Source: Mobula hypostoma (taxonomy: Eukaryota). From it: a stretch of 64,000 bases of DNA. The position numbers and the translations under genes were made by a program. The notes beneath the pieces are model-generated. The model did no database searches. It was not told the origin of the DNA and saw only the letters and a list, made by a program, of their open reading frames with translations. Of the stretch, positions 12,621-25,304 are shown piece by piece. The stretch is taken from positions 111,602,001 to 111,666,000 of the forward strand of contig NC_086108.1 in NCBI RefSeq assembly GCF_963921235.1, in the 5' to 3' direction. Numbering within the stretch: position 1 is the first letter of the stretch; each line of letters starts with the position of its first letter.

Positions 12621-13934
12621 AGGTGGTTGAAGAAATTTGGCATAAGTCCCCAAATCCTAAGGACTTTCTACAGGGGAACAATCAAAAGCATTCTGACTGG
12701 CTGCTTCACTGCCTGGTCTGGGAACTGTACTTCCCTCAATCGCCAGAACTCTGTGGAGTGGTACGGACAGCCCAGCGCATCTGTGGATGTGAACTTCCCA
12801 GTATTCAGGACATTTACAGAGATAGGTTCGTAAAAAGGGCCTGAAGGATCATCGGAGACCCAAGTCACCCCAACCACAAACTGTTCCAGCTGCTACCATT
12901 CGGGAAACGGTACTGCAGTGTAAAAGCCAGGGCCAACGGGCTCCGGGACAGCTTCTTCCACCAGGCCGTCAGACTGACTAATTCATGCTGATACAATTAT
13001 ATTTCTACGTTATATTGAATGTCCTGTTGTACATACTATTTATTACAAATTACCATAAAGTCCACTGCTGTTCACTCTGCTGACCCACGACTGTGCTGCA
13101 ACACACAGCTCGAACCACATCATCAAGTTCGCCGATGACACGACCGTGGTGGGTCTCATCAGCAAGAACGACGAGTCAGCATACAGAGAGGAGGTACAGC
13201 GGCTAACGGACTGGTGCAGAGCCAACAACCTATCTCTGAATGTGAACAAAACAAAAGAGATGGTTGTTTACTTCAGGAGGACACGAAGCGACCAGTCTCC
13301 ACTGAACATCAACGACTCCTCCGTACAGATCGTTAAGAGCACCAAATTTCTTGGTGTTCACCTGGCAGAGAATCTCACCTGGTCCCTCAACACCAGCTCC
13401 ATAGCAAAGAAAGCCCAGCAGTGTCTCTACTTTCTGCGAAGGCTGAGAAAAGTCCATCTCCCACCCCCCATCCTCAACACATTCTACAGAGGTTGTATTG
13501 AGAGAATCCTGAACAGCTGCATCACTGCCTGGTTCGGAAATTCCACCATCTCGGATCACAAGACCCTGCAGCGGATAGTGAGGTCAGCTGAGAAGCTCAT
13601 TGGGGTCTCTCTTCCCGCCATTACAGAGATTTACACCACACGCTGTATCCGTAAAGCAAATAGCATTATGAAGGACCCAACACACCCCTCATACAAACTC
13701 TTCTCCCTCCTGCCATCTGGCAAAAGGCAACGAAGCATTCGGGCTCTCACGACCAGACTATGTAACAGTTTCTTCCCCCAAGCCATCAGACTCCTCAATA
13801 CCCAGAGCCTGGACTGATGCCAACCTACTGCCCTCTACTGTGCCTATTGTCTTGTTTATTATTTATTGTAATTCCTGCACTGTTTTGTGCACTTTATGCA
13901 GTCCTGGGTAGGTCTGTAGTCTAGTGTAGTTTTG

Positions 13935-14160
13935 CCAACACACATCAAAGTTGCTGGTGAACGCAACAGGCCAGGCAGCATCTCTAGGAAGAGGTACAGT
14001 CGACGTTTCAGGCCGAGACCCTTCGTCAGGACTGACGAAGGGTCTCGGCCTGAAACGTCAACTGTACCTCTTCCTAGAGATGCTGCCTGGCCTGCTGCGT
14101 TCACCAGCAACTTTAATGTGTGTTGCTTGAATTTCCAGCATCTGCAGAATTCCTGTTGTT
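13935..14160. mobile_element. Fold-back PLE pseudo-LTR insertion
   Basis: ~95-bp inverted arms centred at 14030-14031; flanked by AGTGTAGTTTTG (13923) and AGTGTAGCTTTG (14161). Confidence 0.88.
13997..14034 (-). ncRNA. Minimal hammerhead ribozyme motif, intact core
   Basis: Minus strand CAGUC-CUGACGA-AGGGUCUCGGCCU-GAAAC-GUC-GACUG. Confidence 0.72.
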
Positions 14161-16129
14161 AGTGTAGCTTTGTGTTGTTTTATGTAGTTCAGTGTAGTTT
14201 TTGTATTGTTCATGCAGCACCATGGTCCTGAAAAACGTCGTCTCGTTTTTATTGTGTATTGTTCCAGCAGTCATGGTCAAAATGACAATAAGAAGTGACT
14301 TGACTTGACTTGACTTGACATTTAGACGGAGATGTAACATAAAGATTTTTACTCCTCATGTATGTGAAGGATGTAAGAAATAAAGTCAATTCAATTCAAT
14401 TCAATTCTCTAAACATGTGACCTCAATCTAAACAAATCCTAATTACCTCTTTATTCATTCACAGAATGCAACTGTCACTGACAGGCCAGAGTCATATCCA
14501 TCACTGAAGTCCTGGAGTCATAATGCACGGAAACAGGCCCTTCGGCCCAACTAATCCATGCTGACTAAATTGCCCATCCAAGTGAAGTTCAATTTCAAGT
14601 TTATTGTCATTCAACTGTACACATGTATACTGCCAAATGAAACAATGTTCCTCTGGACCAAGGTGCATAACACAATACATATAACTCACACACAACACAT
14701 AAGGTAATACTACCACAAATAAATTAACAGATAATGAGCTTTTACAATACGAGTCAAAAAATAAACAGTATATGTTACTGGCACTTCAAACGTGATAAGA
14801 CCTGGGTGGTGGCAGGGAATTCGGTAGTCCCATTGCCCGGGGGGAGATGCAGTTTCCCACCCTAACAGTCTTTGTCCGAATGCTATAGTACCTCTTACCT
14901 GATGGTTGGGGGTCAAAGAGATTGTTAGAAGCCCATACTAACCCCTACTCTCGGGGTCCATGGCATAAAAATGGTTGGGAAACTTGGCTCTAAGCATTTC
15001 CAATACATTTACCTACCCAACTGCCTTTTAAAAGTTGTTATTATACCTTCCTGTCTCCAAAGATGAAGTCCCAAATATGCTACACATGAGGTTGCTTAAC
15101 AAGATAAGAGCCCATGGCATTACAGAAAAGATACTAGCATGGATAGAAGTCTGGTTGAAGAATGGGTATAAAGCAGGTTTTTTTATTAGTATTATTATTA
15201 TTATTATTTATTAATCCTCAGTGGTTGGTGTTGGGACTACTTCTTTTCACATTATATATCAATACTTTGGATGGCAGAATTAATGGTTTTGTGGACAAGT
15301 TTGCAGATGATATGGAGATGGGTAGAGGGGCAGGTAGCATTGAGGAAGCAGGCAGTTTACAGAAGGTCTTGGACAGATTGGGAAAATGGGTAAAGAAGTG
15401 GCAAATGGAGTATTGTATAGAGAAGTGTACGGTGATGGACTTTGGAAGAAGGCATAAAGACGTGGACTACTTTCTAAATGGGGAAAAATTTCTCAAAAAA
15501 AAGTACTGTTTGGGTTACTGTTTACATGCAATTTTAATTATATTTTAACTTATTTGTGGTAATATTTTGGTTTTATGTGCAGTGTGATATATTCTTTGTG
15601 GCTGCACTGTGGTCTGGAGGAATATTGTTTTGTTTAGTTGTATATATGTACAGTGGGATGACAATAAGCGGGGTACTCCTTCATTTTAGACAAAGGAGAC
15701 TGCTGAACCCTCAAGGTGCAGCAGTCTAGTACAGAGGTTCAACTGCAGACAACATAGACATTGGCAGAGGTGTTGCATTGTTGGAGGTCGACTGCAAGGG
15801 CAAAGTAGGCAGTAAATGGTAGGGCCCTTACAAGTATTCATGCACAGGAGGATCTTGGGCTGCAAGTCCACAGCTCCCTGTAAGTGGCCACACATGTAGT
15901 GTGTACAGCATGGTAAAGAAGGCACAGCGTGTGCTTGCTTTCATTAGTTGGGGAATAGAGGATAAAAGTTGAGAACGTGAAATGAAGAGTCCTTGAAATT
16001 GAGGTCGTGGGTTGTGGGAACGGTTCAGTGTTGGGGCAAGTGAAGCTGAGAAAAGTTATCACACTAGTCCAAGAACCTGATGATTGAGGGGTAATAACTC
16101 TTCCTGAACCTGCTGGTGGTAGATAGGTA

Positions 16130-16576
16130 AACAACAGGAATTCTGCAGATGCTGGAAATTCAAGCAACATCGACTTCTCTAACTTCCGCTAATGCCCCAC
16201 CTCCCCCTTGTACCTCATCTGTTACTTATTTTTATACACACATTCTTTCTCTCTCTCTCTCCTTTTTCTCCCTCTGTCCCTCTGAATATACCCCTTGCCC
16301 ATCCTCTGGGTTCCCCCCCTTGTCTTTCTTCCCGGACCTCTTGTCCCATGATCCTCTCATATTCCTTTTGCCAATCACCTGTCCAGCTCTTGGCTCCATC
16401 CCTCCCCCTCCTGTCTTCTCCTATCATTTTGGATCTCCCCCTCCTCCTCCAACTTTCAAATCCCTTACTCACTCTCCCTTCAGTTAGTCCTGACGAAGGG
16501 TCTCGGCCTGAAACGTCGACTGTACCTCTTCCTAGAGATGCTGCCTGGCCTGCTGCGTTCACCAGCAACTTTTATA
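16130..16576 (+). mobile_element. PLE 3' end with inverted tip and 15-bp TSD
   Basis: GGTGGTAGATAGGTA at 16115-16129 and 16577-16591; intact hammerhead core at 16485-16522. Confidence 0.88.
16485..16522 (+). ncRNA. Minimal hammerhead ribozyme motif, intact core
   Basis: UAGUC-CUGACGA-AGGGUCUCGGCCU-GAAAC-GUC-GACUG. Confidence 0.72.
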
Positions 16577-18139
16577 GGTGGTAGATAGGTAGTATTTTAT
16601 TGCAGGGTAGAGGTGTCAAATATGAGAGGGCATGGGTTTAAGGTGAGAGGTGGGGTGGAAGTTTATAGGGATTTAACAAGGCCATTCACTTTCACAAGGA
16701 GTGTAGGTGCCTAGAACGTACAGTATAGTTGGGGCCAAGGTGTGAAGTGGTGAAAGAAGATATAATAGCAATATTCAAGAGGTTTTTAAGACAGTCACAT
16801 CAACAGGTAGGGAATGGAGGGACATGGACCATGTACATGTGCAGTCCAATATGATATCATGATCATCACAGACATGATGGGCTGAAGGGCCTGTTCCTTA
16901 GACCCCTCAGGGACTTGAATGAGTCTGGTTTGGAGGGCCGTCTGCACAGGGTCGATAAAAGCTATATAAAACGCAACAATTTTTAGGACATATGATATTA
17001 AACCTGATTCTTATTCTGAGATTGTAATAACAATATTTTAATTTGAAATTCTAAATCATGTTTTTTATATATTCTTAAGTATTGTTTGTAGGTTTTTGGT
17101 GTGAAGCATTGTGAATATAAAAAATGCACGGTTCCTGAGCTGTACTGTGTTCGACGTTCCAAAATACGAGGAAGAATGTGGTTTGAAATCGAGACAACAT
17201 GGCCAGTGTGATCCCCGTGGACAGAAGTCACTGACAGGCACGTGTGTTCTTCTGACTGGCAAATGGTGCAATTAGCCACACACACCCATCTCCCGAGCAG
17301 CTGAACCTCCAGTGACGTTCCCCAGCTGTGAGACCGGAGCTGTTCCCCAGTGGGATGGAACGGTGCACAGCACAGCAAGTCATGTAACTGAAGCTCGGCT
17401 TGCAACACACTGCAGATATCCGACACGGGAATCACTTTCGACTGCACCTTGCTTATCCCAAGGATAGCCAACCAGATTCAGTAAATAATGTGTTCATTTC
17501 CCAAACCAGGATTGGATCCTACCGGTGCAAAATACACATCTGTGAAACAGTTCCAGTACTTACTGATCTTTGGTTCATAGAACATAGAAATGTTCAAGAT
17601 TATTTAATGTCATTTCCAGTACACATTGTAAAGGAGAATAAAATAATTGTTAATCCAGACATATCAGTCCATGACTTCCTCTTTTGCCACGATGACGCAA
17701 CTCTCAGGTTGGAGGATCAACATCTCATATTACAACATGGTTGCTTCCAACCTGATGGTATGAACATCGATTTCGCCTTCTGACAATTTTGCCTACATGT
17801 CCATCATCTCTCCCCAGTGCCACTCCTCCTTCCCTTTCTCCCACGGTCCACTCTCATCTTCTATCAGATTCCTTCTTCTCCAGCCCTTTACCTTTCCCAA
17901 CCCAGCTGACTTCACCTATCACTTTCTATCTATCCTCGTCCTCCTCCTCCTCCTCCCAGCTTTTTATTCTGGCATCTTCCCCCTTCCTTTCCAGTCCTGA
18001 AGAAAGATCTTGGCCCGGTATGTCAATTCTTTGTTCATTTCCATAGATGCTGCCTGACCTGCTGAGTCCGCCAACAGTTTGTGTGCTTTGCTCTGGATTT
18101 CCAGCATCTGCAGAATCTCTTGTGTTTGGGAAAGGGCCC

Positions 18140-18510
18140 TTTGCCTGGCACCAGGCCTCAAGGCCTTCCACCTCATCTCATTGTCATTGTTGGTTAGTCC
18201 CTCCACTATCATGCCATTGGCCAACATGACTATGGGATTACTTGGGTGTTTGGCCATGCAGTCATGTGTGAGCAGAGTGTACAGCAATGGGCTCGGCACA
18301 CAGTCCTGGGGGGCACCCGTGTCGAGATGTTGAGGATTACAGGGAAGGAGAAGTGGTTGTGCCTCCTGACCATCTGAGAGCTGTTTGTTAGGAAGTCTAA
18401 CACCCAGTTGCACAGTGGTGTATTTAGACCGAGGAGTAGGAGTTTCTTCACCAAGGTCTGTGGGACAATAGTGTTGGACACTGAACTGAAATCCAGAAAC
18501 CGCATTCTGA
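18140..18510 (-). mobile_element. Rex1-type RT fragment
   Basis: FLDFSS..NTIVP; TGAPQ.CV.SPLLYTLLTHDC. Confidence 0.8.
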
Positions 18511-19179
18511 CATCAGAGTCCTAGAAAATAGAACATTACATCACAGTACAGGCCCTTCAGCCAACCTTTAACCTACTCTAAGGTCAATCTAATCCTTCCC
18601 TCCTACATAGCCTCCACCTTTCTATCGTCCATGTGCCTATCTAAGAGTTTTTAAAATATCCCTCATGTATCTGCCTCTACCACCACCCTGACAGAATGGT
18701 CCACACGCCCACCACTCTCTGTATAAATAAAACCTACCACTAACATCCACCCCATATTTTTACTCAATCACCTTCAAATTATGCTCCCTCATATTAACCA
18801 TTTCCACCCTGGGGAAAAAGTCTCTGGCTGTCCACTCAATCGATGCCTCTTATCATCTTGTACACCTCTATCTAATCACTTTTCGTCCCCAAAAGAGAAA
18901 AGCTCTGGCTCCCTCAACATATATTCATAAATCGTGCCCTTTAATCCAGGCATTACCCAGGTAAATCTCCTCTACACCATCTCTAACGCTGCCACATCTG
19001 TCCTATAATGAGGTGACCAGAACTGAGCACAACGTTCCAAGTGTGGTCTAACCAGGGTTTCATAGAGCTGCAACGTTATCTCACGGCCCTTGAATTCAAT
19101 AATTTGTTTGCCAGTTTGAAAAAAAAAATTAGAGGGTGTTCCTATAACAGCACATGTAGGATAGAGGAAGGCTGTTGTC

Positions 19180-20632
19180 ATGGTTGGTACTGAGGGAGGG
19201 TCACACGATGGGAGAGGTGATACTGATGGAGTGTCACACTGTGGGAGAGGCAGTACTGAGGGAGGATTTCACTGTGGGGTGGGAGGGGGAACAACACCAG
19301 GGGAGGGTCACACAATGGGACAGGTGGTACTGAGGGAGGGTCACACTGTGGGAGGGGTGGTACTGAGGGAGGATCACACTGTGGGAGGGGTGGGACTGAG
19401 TGGGGTCTCACTGTGGGAGGGGTGGTACTGAGGGAGGGTCACACTGTGGGAGGGATGGTACTGAGGGAGGGGTAATACTGAGGGAGGGGTGGTACTGAGG
19501 GAGAGTCACACTGTGGGAGGGGTGGTACTGAGGGAGGGTCACACTGTGGGAGGGGTGGTACTGAGGGAGGGTCACTCTGTGGGAGGGGTGGGACTGAGTG
19601 GGGTCTCACTGTGGGAGGGGTGGTACTGAGGGAGGGTCACACTGTGGGAGGGGTGGTACTGAGGGAGGGGTGGTACTGAGGGAGGGGTGATACTGAGGGA
19701 GGGTCACACTGTGGGAGAGGTGTTATTGAGAGAGAGTCACACTGTGGGCAGGGTGGTACTGAGGGAGGGTCACACTGTGGGGGGGTGGTACTGAGGGAGG
19801 GTCACACTGTGGGAGGGGTGGGACTGAGTGGGGTCTCACTGTGGGAGGGGTGGTACTGAGGGAGGGTCACACTGTGGGAGGGGTGGTACTGAGGGAGGGG
19901 TGGTACTGAGGGAGAGTCACACTGTGGGAGGGGTGGTACTGAGGGAGGGTCACACTGTGGGAGGGGTGGTACTGAGGGAGGGTCACTCTGTGGGAGGGGT
20001 GGGACTGAGTGGGGTCTCACTGTGGGAGGGGTGATACTGAGGGAGGGTCACACTGTGGGAGGGGTGGTACTGAGGGAGGGGTGATACTGAGGGAGGGGTG
20101 GTACTGAGGGAGAGTCACACTGTGGGAGGGGTGGTACTGAGGAAAGGTCACACTGTGGGAGGGGTGGAACAGAGGGAGAGTCACACTGTGGGAGGGGTGG
20201 TACTGAGGGAGGGTCACACTGGGAGGGGTGGTACTGAGGGAGGGGTGATACTGAGGGAGGGTCACACTGTGGGAGGGTGGTACTGAGGGAGGGTCAGACT
20301 GGGAGGGATGGTACTGAGGGAGGGTCACACTGTGGGAGGGGTGGAACTGAGGGAGGGTCAGACTGGGAGGGGTGGTACTGAGGGAGAGTCACACTGTGGG
20401 AGGGTTGGTACTGAGGGAGGGTCACACTGTGGGAGGGATGGTACTGAGGGAGGGTCACACAGGGGGAGGGGTGGTACTGGCGGAGGGATAGTTGGTACTA
20501 AAAGTGGATCACACTATGGGAGAGGTGATACTGAGGATGTGTTGCACTGTGGGAGAGGCGGTACTGAGGGAGAATCTCATTGTTGGGGGGCAACACCAGG
20601 GGAGGGTCACACAATGGGAAAGGTGATACTAG
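19180..20632. repeat. G-rich 33-bp minisatellite
   Basis: TGGTACTGAGGGAGGGTCACACTGTGGGAGGGG repeated about 40 times with variants and 17-bp half units. Confidence 0.97.
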
Positions 20633-23600
20633 GGGAGGAATTTTCGAGGTCTAGAGGGAGTGGGGTGGTATTACTAGTCAGGGAAAATGTCACGGCAATC
20701 CTCAGTCAAGACAAACTGGAGAGCTCATCCAGTGAGGCTTTATGGGTATAAGTGAGGAATAAGAAAGATATAATCAGGTTAATGGGGTTATATTACAGGT
20801 CAACCAATAGTCTGTGGGATTTAGGGGAGCAAATTTGTAAAGACAATTGCAAGAAAGGTAAGGCTGTAATACACACAAAATGCTGGAGGAATTCAGCAGG
20901 CCAGACAGCATCTATGGAAAAAAGCACAGTCGACATTTTGCGCCAAAACCCTTCAGCCGGACTAGAGGAAAAAAAGCTGAGGAGTAGATTTGAAAGGTGG
21001 GGGGAGGGGAGAGAGAAACGCCAGGCAATAGGTGAAACTTGGAGGGGGAGGGATGAAGCAAAGAGCTATGAAGTTGATTGGTGGAAGAGATAGAAGTCCA
21101 TAAAACATTGGAGCAGAATTAGGCCATCTGGCCCATTGAGTCTGCTCCACCATTCAATCATGGCTGATCCTTTTTTTCTTCTGCTCCTCAACCCCAGTTC
21201 CTGGCCTTCTCCCCGTAACCTTTGATGCCATGTCCAATCAAGATCCTATAAATCTCTGCCTTAAATACACCCAATGACCTGGCCTCCACAGCTGCATGTG
21301 GCAACAAATTCCACAAATTCACCACCCTTTGGCTAAAGAAATTTCACTGCATTTCTGTTTTGAAAGGGCGCCCTTCTATCCTGAGGCTATGCCCTCTTGT
21401 CCTAGACACTCCCACCATGGAAAACATCCTTTCATATCTACTCTCCTCTTTTGACTCATTAGCCTTCATAAATCAATGTTTTCAGTACAGGAGATGGGAT
21501 GTTCTGTTGAAGGTGTATACGATGTTGGTGAGGCTTAATTTGGAGTATTGTGCCCAGTTTTTGGTCACCTACCTACAGGAAAGAGGTAAATAAAATCGAA
21601 AGAGCGCAGGGAAAATTCACAAGGATGTTGCTTGGGCTTGAGGACCTGAGTTATAGGGAAAGATTGAACAGGTTAGGACTTTATTCCCTGGAACGTAGAG
21701 GACTGAAGGAGATTTGATAGAGATATACAAAATTATGAGAGATAGAGATAGGCTTTTTCCACTGAGGTTGGGTGAGAATACACCTAGAGGTCATGGGTTA
21801 AGGGTGAAAGGTAGAATTTTTTAAGGGGAACATGAGGGAGAATTTCTTCAGAGTGTGGTGACGGTGTGAAATGAGCTGCCAGAAGCGATGGATGTGGGGT
21901 CGATTTCAACATTTCAGAGAAGTTTGGGTAGGTATATGGGCGGGAGGCACATGGAGGGCTATGATCCGGATACAGGTTGATGTGACTCGGCAGTTACTGG
22001 CTCAGCACAGACTAGGTGGGCTAAAGGGCTCCTTTCTGTGCTCCAATGTTCCACGACTAGCGGAACTACCCCCAGGGCAAGGGCTTTTCCACTTTAAAAC
22101 CCTCCTGTCATCGTTGGATACGACAGACAACCAGCAAATCTGGATATGACATACTGTGTCCAGCTGGCAGTCCCAGGTTTTATTTCAGGGTAGATTACTC
22201 AGGGCTGAGCCCAGGACGGAGAGGCGGAGTCAGGATGTGGCGATAATCTAATAACAGGTTTGAGGCTCTCTAGTTACGTAAATCAGCCAACAGCTGACTT
22301 GTTAAAAATACCATCTCTCAAACCAAGGCCAGCGATGTGAAATGAGAGTCCTCGTAGGCTAAGCTTGACTGACAAACCTAGCCTTTTTTTTGAATGGTCA
22401 TCTTCTCCCTGGCCAGTGCCCAGGTCAGCACCCTCAGTGAAGGTCCTGAACACCAATGCCCTGGAATGGAAAAATCTGCACAGCTCAGTCCAGAGGCAAA
22501 ACCCTCCCAACCATTGAGCACAGCTAGATGGAGCAGTGTCACTGGAAAGCAGCATGCACCATCAAGGTCCCCCACCATCCCCATCAGGGAGGAGGTACAG
22601 GATACTTGGGTCCTATACCACCAGGCTCTGGAACAGTCATTATCCCTCAATGATCAGGCTCCTGAACCAGTGTGGATAATTTCACTCATCTCAACGCTGA
22701 ACTGATTTCACAACCTATGGACTCACTTTCAAGGACTCCACAACTTATGTTCTCAGCATTATTAATTATTGTTTTCACATATTTGCAGAGTTTGACTTTT
22801 GCACACCAAGTATCAGTTTTTGTGTGTGTAATTTTTCATTGATTCTATTTCTTTGTTCTACTGTGAATGCCCACTAGAAAATGAATCTCAGTATTGTAAA
22901 TGCTGCCAAATATATATTTAGATAATAAATGCCTGTGGCCATCGAACTTTGCAGCTCCTCCCATGGAGGGTCAGACACCCTGAGACAATAGGCTGGTCCT
23001 AGACTTATTTTCCATCTGGCATAGTTTGCATTTTGTTGTTTGATTGTTTGTGGTTTTTGTATTGCTATATTTACGCTCTATTCTTGGTTGGTGCGGCTGT
23101 TACAAAACCAAATTTCCCTCGGGATCAATAAAGTACATCTATCTATCTATAAATACTCTGAACTTTATTTCAGATTTTCAGCATCTGCAGTATATCAATT
23201 CCTAGAAGGGTTTACATGACAACCCAGTGAATCCCACATCCCGAGAAACTGCCTGAAAGGAAACTTTTTGGATGTGGGCAGCCGAATCACCGACAATGGC
23301 CAAATTAAAGTAGGCAAAACAATCATATATTTCAAATGCTCAAAATGACTTACTGGAGAACAGAGCCTCTTCAGGCATATTTATCTTTGAACAAAGAAGC
23401 CTTCAAATTTTTTTTCCTCCTCAGGAGCTAAAGGCTGATTTCTCATTTCCATTAAAAGCCAGTCTCAGTCTTCATTTTCCTTTGTATATTGACAGCGACC
23501 AAATATTTTCTTGGGCTGCAGACAGTGGGTATGTTTGTAGATGAGTACAGGACCTCCAGACTCTGAATGCTCCCTTTACATTCAGAACCAAAGACGGGAG

Positions 23601-25285
23601 CTCCAAATGTTAACATTAACATGGATCAGCAAGAGCAGGCTGGCATGAGTTCATTCATATCATGAGATTAACATCGGAGGCATAAACACATATTGTTGGC
23701 CTGAAATGTTTGGAATTCTAATATCTGTCAGAATAATCATTGCAAAGCAAAGATGAAATATGCATGAAATCAGTTTTCGTTCATTCTCTTGAACTGAGAT
23801 TGTGTGTTAGGGGTTAATTATTCTGTTTGCTAGCAGTCTTTAGTGGGGACTTATAAATGCAAATTTAAATCGCTCAAAGAATGGAGACTTTTAATAAACA
23901 TCTCTGCTGGCTCGAACCCATCAGGCCAAAGACCAGGAACAGCAGCAAATGGAGACCCAGGCCAGCCTGACGGAGGGAGCTTTCCCCAAGAATCTGCACT
24001 CTGTCCATTGTTCTTGTACATACCCGGCCATGCACAAAGATCAGCCTGTTCCTACAAACGTAGATTGTATGGTCAACAAAGACTAGCCCACTCACCCATG
24101 CTGGTGTATGGTCTGACTTCTGCCTAAACCCTTTAATACCAGACCAGGAAATGGTAAATGGCAGGGCCCTGGGGAGTGTTGTAGAACAGAGCAACCTCAG
24201 GGTAAAAGAATAGTTCTTCGAAAAAGGTGTGACATCCCCGCAGAGTGAAGCCCTAGCTCGCTCAACCCATCCTCAAGACGTGCTCTAATCCAGGCAGACA
24301 GATGTGGTCCAACAGGGTTTATTGAGATGCAACATTACCTCATTGCTCTTCCACGCAATTCCCCAACTAAAGGAGGCCAACACACCATATGCTGTATTAA
24401 CCACCCTATAGAATGAATGAGGGAGACAGTTTAGACCAAATGGCGAGAGATTTATTTTTCTTCCAAAAGACAAGCCTCTCAGGCTTAATTTACAACATCC
24501 CTGGTCTGTTGTCAAATTTTTCAGTACAGATTAATTCTCAATTATACATGGTTCTTTAATTAAAAACAAATACTTGAATTATAGACCATTTTACAATTCA
24601 GAGACAAATATCCAGTCCAGTGGAGTATTTCCTTATCACCAGAATTCAGGGATATCTTTGAGTAATTCAACCAACTAAAGTGACGTTCAGCTTGTGTGCC
24701 CTTCAGTCCCCAGTGCCAACAGAAAGGAACACAGACAGTGAGCAGAAATACGCAACGGAGTTAGCGGAGACCGACCCCAATACCGGCAATTTCCAGCGTT
24801 TATTGTGGTTTACACAAGGACTAAGGTTTTCAAACTCAAACGTACAGTGGTTTATTCTAGTTACAAAGTGTTTTTCCTCATGGTCACAGTGTACATTCCC
24901 CTTCAGCCCATTCAGCAAGCTCAAAAGCCCCTCATCCAGACTTCTGTTTTATTCTCCAGTGCCATAAAGTTAAAGGATTCTGGTCCAAAGGCTCGAGGTT
25001 AAAGATGACACAAGGCCAAGTGACCTTGAGACAACTTCAGTTGAAGTCACAGTCCTGGATATGTACACTACCTGTCCTGGTCTGGACTGGTTAACGGCAT
25101 GGCCAATTCCTTCAGAACAGAGGGGGACGTGCACCTTAGTCCAAGGGCCTTTTACAGCTTAGAAACAAGTCACATATCCGACCAAAGTGAATATAAAAAC
25201 AGATAATTTATTCCCCCCCCCACCCACCATTCACTTCACCCAGTGTCAGAGTTTCTCTCCTGCACAGATTCAGAATGTCAGGTTT

Positions 25286-25304
25286 CTATGTCTTTAACTT
25301 CAAC
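25286..25304 (-). CDS. MCOLN3: Candidate alternative terminal coding exon of MCOLN3-like gene
   Basis: Strong acceptor ccttttccctttttgttttacag|G TTG AAG TTA AAG ACA TAG; phase-compatible with the 27863 donor, giving (R)LKLKT*; followed by ~2 kb of largely unique UTR-like sequence with several AATAAA. Confidence 0.5.

Larger units (their letters stand above)
13059..14319 (+). mobile_element. Rex1/Babar LINE 3' part
   Basis: PLLFTLLTHDC...IIKFADDTTVVGLI...YREEV; 223-aa ORF 13146-13817; (GACTT)n tail at ~14296-14319. Confidence 0.9.
12620..14406 (+). mobile_element. Older Rex1-type LINE 3' end interrupted by the 13059-14319 insertion
   Basis: LRTFYRGTI.SILTGC peptide at 12620-12990; 3' UTR resumes at 14320 and ends in AATAAA plus (TCAAT)n. 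Confidence 0.7.

Noticed and set aside
19180..20632. CRISPR-like array
   Set aside because: Units are contiguous with no unique spacers, there are no cas genes, and the context is vertebrate; it is a minisatellite
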